Source: Macrostomum lignano (lineage: Eukaryota). Taken from it: a DNA stretch of 64,000 bases. Positions 9,936 to 21,000 of the stretch are shown here, in pieces; within the stretch, counting starts at the first letter, position 1; each line of letters starts with the position of its first letter. The stretch covers positions 744,001 through 808,000 of the forward strand of contig NIVC01000412.1 in the NCBI GenBank assembly GCA_002269645.1, in the 5' to 3' direction. The notes under the pieces are model-generated. The model was not told where the DNA came from. It worked only from the letters and a program-made list of their open reading frames with translations, and ran no database searches. Made by a program: the position numbers and the translations under genes.

Positions 9936-11211
9936 TAGGATGAGCCAAAAGTTTCCGGAATTTGAACAATTGAAAACTGTAACAAATATTCTCAAGAACA
10001 AACAGTTTACAGCGATGTGATGTACACTGTCAAGGCCCTGACCCTCTCCCATCTTGCTGGCAATGCCTCGCGATCTCCTCCCTCCAGAAGTTCGCAGGCC
10101 TTGAATCTATCCATTTCTGCACTGCCTGCTCCACATGTTGCTTGTTGGTGAACCGCTGTCCATCACAAAGCTCTGGAGGGACCTGAACCACATGGTAGTC
10201 GCATGGCGAGAGGTCCGGCGAGTATGGTGGGTGGGGCAAGACACTGAAGCCCAGGCTTGCCAACTTGGCTTGGGTGAGTCTTGCTTGCTTTGTGAGGCCG
10301 CGAATTGTCAAGGAGGAGCACCTTGTCGCGGTGCCCCGGGCACACGGATCGGGTGACCTCCTCCAGTTCGCTGCAGATCACCTCCGCGTTCACAGCCATG
10401 CCTGGGGGATGACCTCCCAGAAAACAGGGCCAGACGAGCAGAATCAGAGAGAGAGCAGCTCCTTGCCGCAGTGGGGGTTCCGCATTGGGCAGCTGGGTGG
10501 TTCTGCAGAAGCATCGACCCAGACGGCTGATGTGCATGCTTGGGTTCTTATAGCAGACCCACTGCTCCGTCTTGAGCGATCATCGACTTGAGAAAGTTTG
10601 GCGAACTGGCCTGACAAAGATTCGAAGTCGCCGCATCCACGGCCTGGCTCTCAGCTGCTGAGGCGTCAGCTCATGGGGCACCAGAGTTGGCTTCTTCGGC
10701 ACCTTGTCCGCAGCATGCAGGCTCAGCTGGACCGTGGCATAGGTCACCCCAGTAGCAACTGACAGCTTGCGCACGCTGTAGTCCGGAGTGTCCTTAAGTG
10801 CTTGGAGAACACGGCATCAGCAGCGCAGGGGATCGGCCTGACCTCGGCTTGTCCTGCAGCTCATAGTTCTCCTGAGCAAAGCGAGAGAACCACTCGTACA
10901 GCGATGACTTGGAGGGTGCATGTGGGCCATCAGCTGCAACAACTTGCGATGTGCCTCGGCTGCTTAATTGCGTCCCGCACGAAAGTGCATGGCTGAGCAG
11001 AATTGATCGCCATTCATTCAGTTTTTGGCAGTTCCATTGAATGCGTTTGCTAGCTTAATCAGACCCTGGGAAACTGAGCAATGCTAAGCTTAAGAAGTGA
11101 TGATTCGGCTGGTCAACAGCATAGTAGATGGTTGCTGCTTTTAAGCTTTTCCATGGACAAAAATTAACTGAAAGTATTAGAAAAAATTCCGGAAACTTTT
11201 GGTTCACCCCA
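9936..11211 (-). mobile_element. Mariner (Tc1/mariner) transposon, full-length but frameshifted
   Basis: ~28-bp TIRs (TAGGATGAGCCAAAAGTTTCCGGAATTT / AAATTCCGGAAACTTTTGGTTCACCCCA), ~1.28 kb. Minus-strand fragments LVPHELT, DEQWVCYKNP, LLLDNSRPH and HPPYSPDLSPCDYH. Confidence 0.9.
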
Positions 11212-12095
11212 GCTCTACCTTTTCAAATCATTCGTGCTTGTCCCTCGCTGTCTTCTAATTAAATTTTGCTACATATTTATTAAGGATAATCAAAATAAAA
11301 CAAATAACTTAATTTGAGCTGTTGACATGCATCTGGTCACGTGAGGCCAGGCCAGAGCACTAATCGATCAGTTTCTGCAATCTGAGAAGCCCGAAAAGTA
11401 CATGTACACGTCAAGCTAGGACCATTACTGTAGTGACGTAAAAATAAAAAAATCATGCAATATTGTAGGGGCCAATAATTCCCCTAATATGCATAGAAAT
11501 AAAAACCTGAGATAGAAAAATCATTTTCTCATAATTCAATGATTGCAATATTCAGCATGCAGTGGCACTGCTGTCTGAATTGCAAAGATTACCATTTTTT
11601 TATTTAACATGCACAGCATCATACTCTGCATTTTGTCGCATTTTGTATGGAATTGTGTAGGGAATGTTTCATTTTTATACTGTTAATTCCGTTTATTGCA
11701 CAAGTCCAATTAGCTATTGGTCAACCAGCACATGCAGTGCGCTTAAATATCTTAAATTTTGAGGTGTTAAACTAACGTTTATATTTAAAAAATGAATTGG
11801 CACACACAAGCATCTTATATAGCTTGTATGCTGGTGTATCTTGCGATCAGCAAAATGTATTATGTTTAAGCTAAAGGCTGCTTTAGCACCATTTTAAACT
11901 TAGCTCTTTCCACGAAACTTTTGAAATTTTTAACTTTTCGGTCTTCTAGACATATTTTGTGACCAGTGACTGTGAGTGAAGCTAAGCTAGCTAATACTGA
12001 GTCAAAGAAATAGACGATTTTTTATTGATTATTGCGTGTTAATAATTTTAAATTAGCAAATCTATTTTTAAGGGAAACAGTTTTTTATAATTAGT

Positions 12096-15000
12096 ATGAC
12101 TAGCAAGCCTGGTGAAAACTTTTCACCATTGAACTACTTCTATAAGTTTCTACCTTCCAGCGATGACAAAGCTCTTAAACAGGCATTTTACAACACTATA
12201 GCCTTAGCTTTTGTGGGCATATTTTTGCTTGCATGCATTGCAGTATATTTCATTTTAGAAGCTTTTATTGAGCCTCTTCTTTGGGCACTGTTGGTTGGAT
12301 CATGTCTCCACCCAATAAAGCAAAAGTTGACATCGCTTCTAAAGATTTGGTTAAAAACGACGCAAGAATCAAGCAAGCCTTTATTTGTTGAAGCTGCTAT
12401 CCTGCCATTCTCAGCTATTAATTCACTTTTGGACCTCTTTTATACAAAGATTCTTGCATACAAGAAAAAGATCCTAGTTGCTATAATTGTTGTTCCATGT
12501 GTATATCTATTTCTTAGTTTAGTGCCCATTCGAACACATTTAGAGCTTTTAATAACAATTTGGACTAAGTTATCAGCATTCATAAGCATCTTCTCTACTA
12601 CATGGGTAAGTTATTTGGCAATATTTTGAATCTAATTTACTAATACTATATTTTGTTTTTTAATGTTTTTCTAATATTGTCAAATGTAGCTTTTTATGCA
12701 CATAAATTTAAATCAATCAGTAAGTGTTTTGTGCTCATAAAATAATTATTAGTGCAAGTTTAGTATAGATTTTTTATTTAATAAATACTGATACATTGTA
12801 TAAGTATAATATGGACATAGTCCTAATAATAATGAATTAATTATCTACTTTATATAACAAATAGCATATTTTAATTAGTAGTTGTAGAATAGATTGAATG
12901 TCATTTAGTTAAATAAATTTAAATTTGAAGATTTTGTTTTCTTTAAAACTTAATTCAAATAGTATTAGGACTAATGAACCTAATAGTAATAGTCTTACTA
13001 TTAAGCAGTGATAGGCACTAGCGCCACTAAATTTGAATTCCACTAAAGTGCCACTAATGTTTTGTTAGCGCCGCTAATTCCACTAAATTGAAATTCCAAT
13101 TAGCGCGTGCTATCTAAGCGCCACTATTATTTTCTAAAAATTGCTAATTGCATTAAATTAATTTTTTGCTACAAAACTAGACAGTTAATGACTGTTTAAT
13201 ACTTAAAATGAGACTTTACGTGAGTAATAAGTTAAAGATTACATAAATCCACCTATACTAAATCTCTAATATGTTTCTAATTTTCTTAGAAATGCAAAAC
13301 AAAATTTGAATTTCTTTTTTTGCTTTTCATTATCAACAATTAATCTCATTTTTGTCATAGACTCTTAAAAGTTTTCTTACTACTTTTAATTCATTAGCTA
13401 ATTATCAATTAGGATTGATAATAAAAACAAATTATTAGCAATAGCATTATTAGCTTATTCATTTAAAATGTGTGAGTTAAAAATGTGCAATAATGCATAA
13501 ATACATGTAAAACAGCAGTTTACATTAAATGTATTTATTAATTAGTGCATTTAAAAATAAGTGGCACTAATTGCGCTAAATTCAAAGTAGAAATATTGCC
13601 CGCTATTAGCGATTGCTAATTTTTTCTTCTATCAGTTAGCAAGAGCACTAATTAGTGGCGCTAAAAAATATTATTTTTTAATAATAAAAAAACCATTTTC
13701 TCAACTTTCTATATGCTTTATTCTCTTAAAGGAATAGGCCAATTCCTAAAGATTCCTAAGGCATCTTGAAATTAAAGCATATAAAACAATCTAGATTTTT
13801 TAGATACCATGAGTTAGTTTAAGACAAGCAGAGCTATGCTCATATTATTGGTGCACTTTAATTTGAAATATAGTCATAACTAATTCTATAAACTTCCTTA
13901 AGTAGACTCAAACCATGATTACAATTTAGCCAAAAAATAATATGACCCCTTTAAATTAAGCCTTGACTACTTATGCAATAGAGTGCACACTAAACTACTA
14001 TAGTGATTCCTGATCTCTTACCATAGAAAGATTCATTAAAAAACTTTTTTGTACCATCATTTAGCTATTAAAGTTATATTATTGTTCTTTTATATTTTTT
14101 TGCAATATAACCTTTTTAAATTCTAATTTCAACCATTATAAATATGCATTTTTGACCAAATATATGAATTAGGACTATAAAATAGTATTGTTCTTGCTTC
14201 TATAAAAAGGACATAATACTCTAAATATTTTTTTAGATCCTATTTGGAATCCTTCTCTATTTGTCCCTGGTGTTATTCTACTGGACCCCAGAGTCCAGCT
14301 TTCTGCTGAAGCTGCTGGCACTGCCTGTCTGGATTGGAGTTGTGTTCTATGTGTCCTCCATCACTGGAATATTCAGTGTGCCACTGTTTATTTCCTTTAT
14401 CTCTCTGGTCTGCCTCGGCTGCATAGTGGAGATCAGAGATTCCCTGCTGTCTGGTCAGAACTGTGAGCTTAGCTTATAAATTCATCATACCCTTTCTTAT
14501 TTATCTTATGAATTTGAATTGTCAGAATGGAGCCCTAAATACAGGGGGTCGCCGGATACAGGGGGGCGCCAGCTACAGAGGGGCGCCAACTACAGAGGGG
14601 GGCGCCAGATTCAGGGGGCGCCAGCTACAGAGGGGGGCGCCGGATTCAAGGGGGGGGGCGCCAGCTACAGAGGGGGCGCCAGCTGCAGAGGAGGCGCCAA
14701 GCCAACTACAAAGGGGCGCCAACTACAGGGGGCGCCAGCTACAGAGGGGGGCGCCGGATTCAGGGGGGCGCCAGTTTCAGAGGGGGCGCCGGATTCAGGG
14801 GAGTGCCAACTACAGAGGGGGGCGCCATTTACAGAGGCAGTTTCAGAGGAGGTACATGTCGTGCCGCTCCGGCCTTACGAGGGCCAGAAATGAGACAGTC
14901 AGGGCTGCTGTACACTCTGTGCAAGCGTGTGCCAGATTGCTCAGGTGTCAGCTCACAGCCTCCATCGCTGAGAACTGCACGTCACTTGACCTTCAACTCT

Positions 15001-18000
15001 GCAGACGATTTCGCCTCCCTGCTGAGCCTGGTCGGGTCGAACAACTCGCCATCAACCGCTGCAGCAGTGGCGGCATCAGCAGCAACAGGCGAGTCGGAGT
15101 CTGACGACCCCGTCGACCTATCGGACGAAACTCCTCAAGAACAGCAACAGCAGCAGCTTTCCACCGAGGAGACGGCAATATCCGACGAGAATCTTCAGCC
15201 GATTGTTCCGAGTGGCAACGACGACAATGTGGACGCGGCGTCACCTTCGGGTGGCACTTCGACGCCTGCAGTTCGCCAGCAGCAGCAGCCGCCGCCGCCG
15301 CCGCCGCCGCTGCAGACGAGGCGCCGAGTCTCCCGATCCATGAGCTGCGGCGTCAATGCCGACCGACTGATTCGACAGAAACAGCGGCGCCAGCAGCAGC
15401 AGTCGCGGAGCAGCAAGACTTTCTTTGTGCTGCTGCTGTGGGGCCACGCGCTGGTGTACGCGTGGACAAGGCCCTGGACCCTGTCTCTGCTGCCTTTTGT
15501 TGCCGCTTTTGTGGCTCTGCGGACTTTAGGTGCGACTTATAAGATGAAAATGTTTTTTGATTTCTGCCTGAGACTTCTGTCTCATAAAGTGACAGAATTC
15601 TGGCCCATAGAGTGACAGACCTCTACTCCATAGAGTGATAAGACTTATAGACTTCTACCCCATAGAGAGACATCTGTCCCATAGAGTGATAGACTTCTTC
15701 CCTTTAGAGTGACAGACTTCTTCCCCATAGAGTCACAGACTTCTTCCCCATAGAGTGACAGACTTCTTCCGCATAGAGTCACAGACTTCTGCCCCATAGA
15801 GTGACAGACTTCTGCCCCATAGAGTGATAGACTTCTACTCCATAGAGTGATAGACTTCTACTCCATAGAGTGATAGACTTATAGACTTCTGCCCCATAGA
15901 GAGACTTCTGTCCCATAGAGTGATAGACTTCTGCCCAATAGAGTGATAGACTTCTACTCCATAGAGTGACAGACTTCTGCCCCATAGAGTGATAAACTCC
16001 TGTCCCATAGAGTGATAGACTTCTTACCTATAGAGTGATAGACTTCTTCCCCATAGAGTGATAGACTTCTGCCCCATAGAGTGATAGACTTCTGCCCCAT
16101 AGAGTGATAAACTTCTGCCCCATAGAGTGATAAACTTCTGCCCCATAGAGTGATATACTTCTGCCCCATAGAGTGACAGACTTCTTCCCCATAGAGTCAC
16201 AGACTTCTGCCCCATAGAGTGATAGACTTCTACTCCATAGAGTGATAAACTTCTACTCCATAGAGTGATAGACTTATAGACTTCTGCCCCATAGAGAGAC
16301 TTCTGTCCCATAGAGTGATAGACTTCTGCCCAATAGAGTGATAGACTTCTTCCCTATAGAGTGATAGACTTCTTCCCCATAGAGTGACAGACTTCTGCCC
16401 CATAGAGTGATAGACTTCTGCCCCATAGAGTGATAGACTTCTGCCCCATAGAGTGATAGACTTCTACTCCATAGATAGACTTCTACTCCATAGAGTGATA
16501 AGACTTATAGACTTCTGCCCCATAGAGAGACTTCTGTCCCATAGAGTGATAGACTTCTACTCCATAGAGTGACAGACTTCTGCCCCATAGAGTGATAAAC
16601 TTCTGCCCCATAGAGTGATATACTTCTGCCTCATAGAGTGACAGACTTCTGCCCCATAGAGTGATAAACTTCTGCCCCATAGAGTGATAGACTTCTGTCC
16701 CATAGAGTGATAGACTTCTACTCCATAGATAGACTTCTACCCTCTACAAGGATAGACTGCTACCCTCTACAAGGATAGACTGCTACCCTCTACAAGGATA
16801 GACTATTACCCTCTACCAGGATAGACTGCTACCCTCTACAAGGATAGACTTTCACAGCCCAAAGACAGTTCACTGGTCCGCTCATCCCCTCAGGTGACAG
16901 CATCGGAGGCAGCCAGCTGGCAAACCGCTGGGCCAGCTCAGCCTACAGACAGGCGATGCAACTGGTTGAAAGCCGTCGAGAAGCCCTGGCCCCGTTCCCC
17001 GTCAGGGGCATCTACAAGCTGCTGCTGCGGGGCGATCGAAAGGTAGCGTTTGGATTGATAAAACTACATTTTTGCTAGTATTACTACTTAGAGTAAAAAG
17101 ATTTGCATGTAGAGTAGTATTCCTGTCTACGTGTGCCATATTTCCTGTCTAACAAGTATACTTCCTGTCTAACAAGTATACTTCCTGTCTAACAGGTATA
17201 CTTTCTGTCTAACATGTATAGTTCCTGTCTAGCAGGTATTATTTATGTCTAACAGATTTGGGTAACGTTTTTATGCTCGCTAGGGTCCATCATAAAAAAT
17301 ATTTTAATAATTGCTGAAAGTCCCATATTTTTACTATAAGTAGATTAGTAGCGCATTTGTATATATTTTTTATCATTGAATTTCACAAGGTTGCATCAAT
17401 TGACAGGTCTGTATGGAGCTAAATAAATAGCGGGTGAGGCATCGGTGTTAGGCTGGGGCGGTCCGGAGTCGATGGATTAACTTATGCTCACAGGTAACCG
17501 GGCATCGACAATTGCTTGACTGTCTGATTTTTTTATTTTAACAGATGTCGGACATTTTAACCAGTTCACTGGACGCAATTGTCAGCATTTTTGTTATTCT
17601 GCTGGTTCTGAGCGCGTCCGTGTTTCTCACCATCTTCCTGGCTATTCAGGTTGGTAATAAAATTATTGTGTAGTGTGTAGTCATCATTCCTTTTTGTGTA
17701 TTGTTGTTTTTTCACTTAAACTATTTCAGGTGCAAAGGGAGAGTATTGAGCTGGTTACTATGACGAGTCGCGTCCTTAACAACACCGTGATTACAGCCTC
17801 GAATACGTAGGTTTTATTAAATTGTAAATCTACTGTATACTTGATTTTTTGTACAAAATTTACTTTTTTTCTAATAATACGCCATGTTTTCTACTTAAAT
17901 CAGTAGAAAAACTAGCATTTTCAAGTAAAATTTATGGGCGTATTTTTCTTCGTGTTTTTTCACCGTAAATGACTGTTCTGGTAATACCTTTGTGCTATTG

Positions 18001-21000
18001 TTCGGAACTTGAATGTGTAACAGAGCGAAAGAGCGACAGAGGGAGTAAATTCTACTCGCAAGAGTGCACTGTTAGAATTAGGCGTCACGCCATTTCTCAG
18101 ACGCCCGCCCCCTCCCTGCGGGTCACCCGGGTTTCCAAAGCATTTTGTTTACCGACAAATTCTTTAATTATTTTTTCTCTGTTTTGTTGCAGACTGCTGC
18201 CTGAAACGGACAATCTGCAAAAGCTGCTCGACTCAATGATGGGCAACGCCTATGTGTTCGGCAGGGAGTGGATATCTAAAAAGGTACAGCCGATATGTTG
18301 TGTAGTATTCGTTATAGACTATGTTTCTTTATAAACTTTTTTCAAAATCAGCATTTATTCAGTACAAGTACAGTAGTGCGCTGTATCAAGCTTATTTGCT
18401 TTTAGGTTGGGTTATTAATTATTTTTTAGGTTATCATACAAGTCAGTCTGAGATCTTTCAACTTTGATGCTATTTTTAAACAACTCAAAAAATTCACAAT
18501 ATTTATTAAGAATTAGAGTAAACACTCACCCGCCCCTTGATATTTCCTTTTTGTCTTTTATTTCTTATTAAGAGCCCTGCTGCTTGTCTCTGTCTAAACC
18601 CACCCATTAAAGAGAGAGGGACAGATTCGCCTCTAACTGGGTCGCCATGGAGATTGCAGCGCTTTAGACTCTGTGTGTGGACTAGATAGGTCTGTTTAAA
18701 TAGATAGACAGAGGTACAGTGCGGGTGCAGCCAATTAGTTAAGGTAAAATAATAAAAGATTTGAAGAGGCGCGGGTTGGTCACTGCGCTCCCTCTGCCCT
18801 CTACCCCCCAACCAGTTATCAAACACAGAGCAGAATGACGTACATGTTACCGTGTATATATTTAAACAAAGTACATACACCCAACTGCACTGCATTGTAC
18901 GCGGCGTGACGTATGGAAACTGCTAGCTGCGAATAGCTGCGTGGGGCCTGACTGGCTGGCTGAGTGGGTAGGTGGTGGATCTTGTTTTTAAGTGCTTTAG
19001 CGTGCATGAATATCTGTTTGCTCTGGGCGTAGGACGTGTGCCAGAGAATAGCGTGTGAGAGAGAGTGTAAGGCACTTAAATATCCATTGGACACTAGCGA
19101 TAAGCAGCGTGCATTCTCCACCTGAGAGAAACTGATATATATATATATATGTTTATATGCATGAGCCTACGCATATTTACTAGTATATATATATTTGACA
19201 ACGGGCGCCTTGTGTCTTTATATTATTGCGATAAAGAAGAACAACAACGCAACAAAAACGAGCACAAATTTTCTTCCCGTCAACAATTCGATCAAAGAAG
19301 CAGACAGCAGAAGAAGAAGACGCATAGAATTAAGTTATTTTTGCTTGGCAATAAAGCTGGAATGTCCGGTTGGTGCGAATCGCTCTGCAGATAAAATTGG
19401 CGTCAGCGACAACAGGAAGTGCCTGTCCAGTGCGCAGTTGCTGGGGCGCCTATTTCTGCTCCGATATTAAACTTGGAGCCGAAGGCCTCAGCTCGGCAGC
19501 GAGACGCCAGGGCTGGAATTGAAAGTTGAATCAAGACATCAGCAAAGCTGCCTCTGTCATTCTATAAGCTGCTGTGCCTCTGCCGTTCGCGCGGTCTTCG
19601 AGGTCAGTGGCCAGCAGCTGCTGTTGAAGATGATGGCGAGATCAGCGTTGTGGCGGACAAAGACCTGCGGCACCAGCTGCAGGTGCTGCCACTCGGGCTG
19701 CAAGAGTATGGTCATCAGGTTGGAGGTCACGGCCTGCTGTGCGTCTCCGGCCACGGCATCGTGTGCTCAGGCGGCGTGCTCTTCAAGCCTGTCCAGCAGC
19801 CGCCGAAAGGGCCGCAGGAGGCGCAGTTTTACTCTGCTGTGTACAGCGAGAAGCACCTGGCTGGCTGCAAATCAGCTGAGGATTCCGTCAGTTTGCGCGA
19901 GTTCCTGCCCGCCTACAACGGCCTGTTCAGAGCTGACGACACTGGCCAGTTCTACCTCGGCTTGGAGGACGTGCTGTACGAATTGAAGCGGCCGTGCGTC
20001 ATGGACTGCAAAATGGGCGCCAGAAGCACCCCGCCAGGGGCGTCGGTGTCCAAGCACCTGCTGCAGAGGGCGATGTACGCGCATAGGGACAAAGTCGGCT
20101 TTATTGTCACCGGGTTCAAGGTGAGACCATAATAGCTCACCTCGCTGTGTTTTAGAGCTGTGTGGCTGATGGCTTTTGAGCTGGGAAAGGCGGTGCGATT
20201 GATGAAAGGACAAGAGTGTGACGAATCGAAGGGACTGAGATTAATGGATTGTAGTGTGAGAGGTTAGGAAATAGAGTGTGAGATGAAGGGTGGGAGTGTG
20301 AGATGGAGGAAATGGAGTGTGAGATGAAGGGTGGGAGTGTGAGTTGAAGGGTGGCAGTGTGAGATGGAGGAAATGGAGTGTGAGATGAAGGGTGGGAGTG
20401 TGAGATGGAGGAAATGGAGTGTGAGATGAAGGGTGGCAGTGTGAGATGGAGGAAATGGAGTGTGAGATGAATGGTGGGAGTGTGAGATAAAGGGTGGGAG
20501 TGTGATATAAAGGGTGGGAGTGTGAGATGGAGGAAATAGTGTGAGATGAAGGGTGGGAGTCTGAGATCGAGGAAATGGAATGTGAGATGAAGGTTGGCAG
20601 TGTGAGATGGAGGAAATGGAGTGTGAGATGAAGGGTGGGAGTGTGAGATGAAGGGTGGGAGTGTGAGATGAAGGGTGGGAGTGTGAGATGAAGGGTGGGA
20701 GTGTGAGATAAAGGGTGGGAGTGTGAGATGGAGGAAATAGAGTGTGAGATGAAGGGTGGGAGTGTGAGATAAAGGGTGGGAGTGTGAGATCGAGGAAATG
20801 GAATGTGAGATGAAGGGTGGGAGTGTGATATGAAGGGAGGAGAGTGTGAAATTAAGGGAAGGAAGTGTAAGATGAAGGGAAGGAAGTGTGAGATAAAGGG
20901 AAGGGAGCTTCAGATAAAGGAGGGAGCTTCAGATAAAGGAGGGAGTCTGAGATAAAGGGAGTGTTAGATGAAAAGAAGAGAGTGTAAGATAAAGGTGAAT

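Noticed and set aside
13015-13675. GCGCCACTAA/TTAGTGGCGC-bounded segment in TMEM245 intron 1 as a MITE
   Set aside because: Only short scattered inverted motifs; no definable termini or TSD.
1495-17534. Reading ...CCGGAGTCGATGGG|TTAA as piggyBac terminal repeats with TTAA target sites
   Set aside because: All copies face the same way with no opposing TIR. The motif pairs with a downstream complement, shows compensatory changes and is bracketed by a TATA box and an oligo-T run, which fits an RNA gene.
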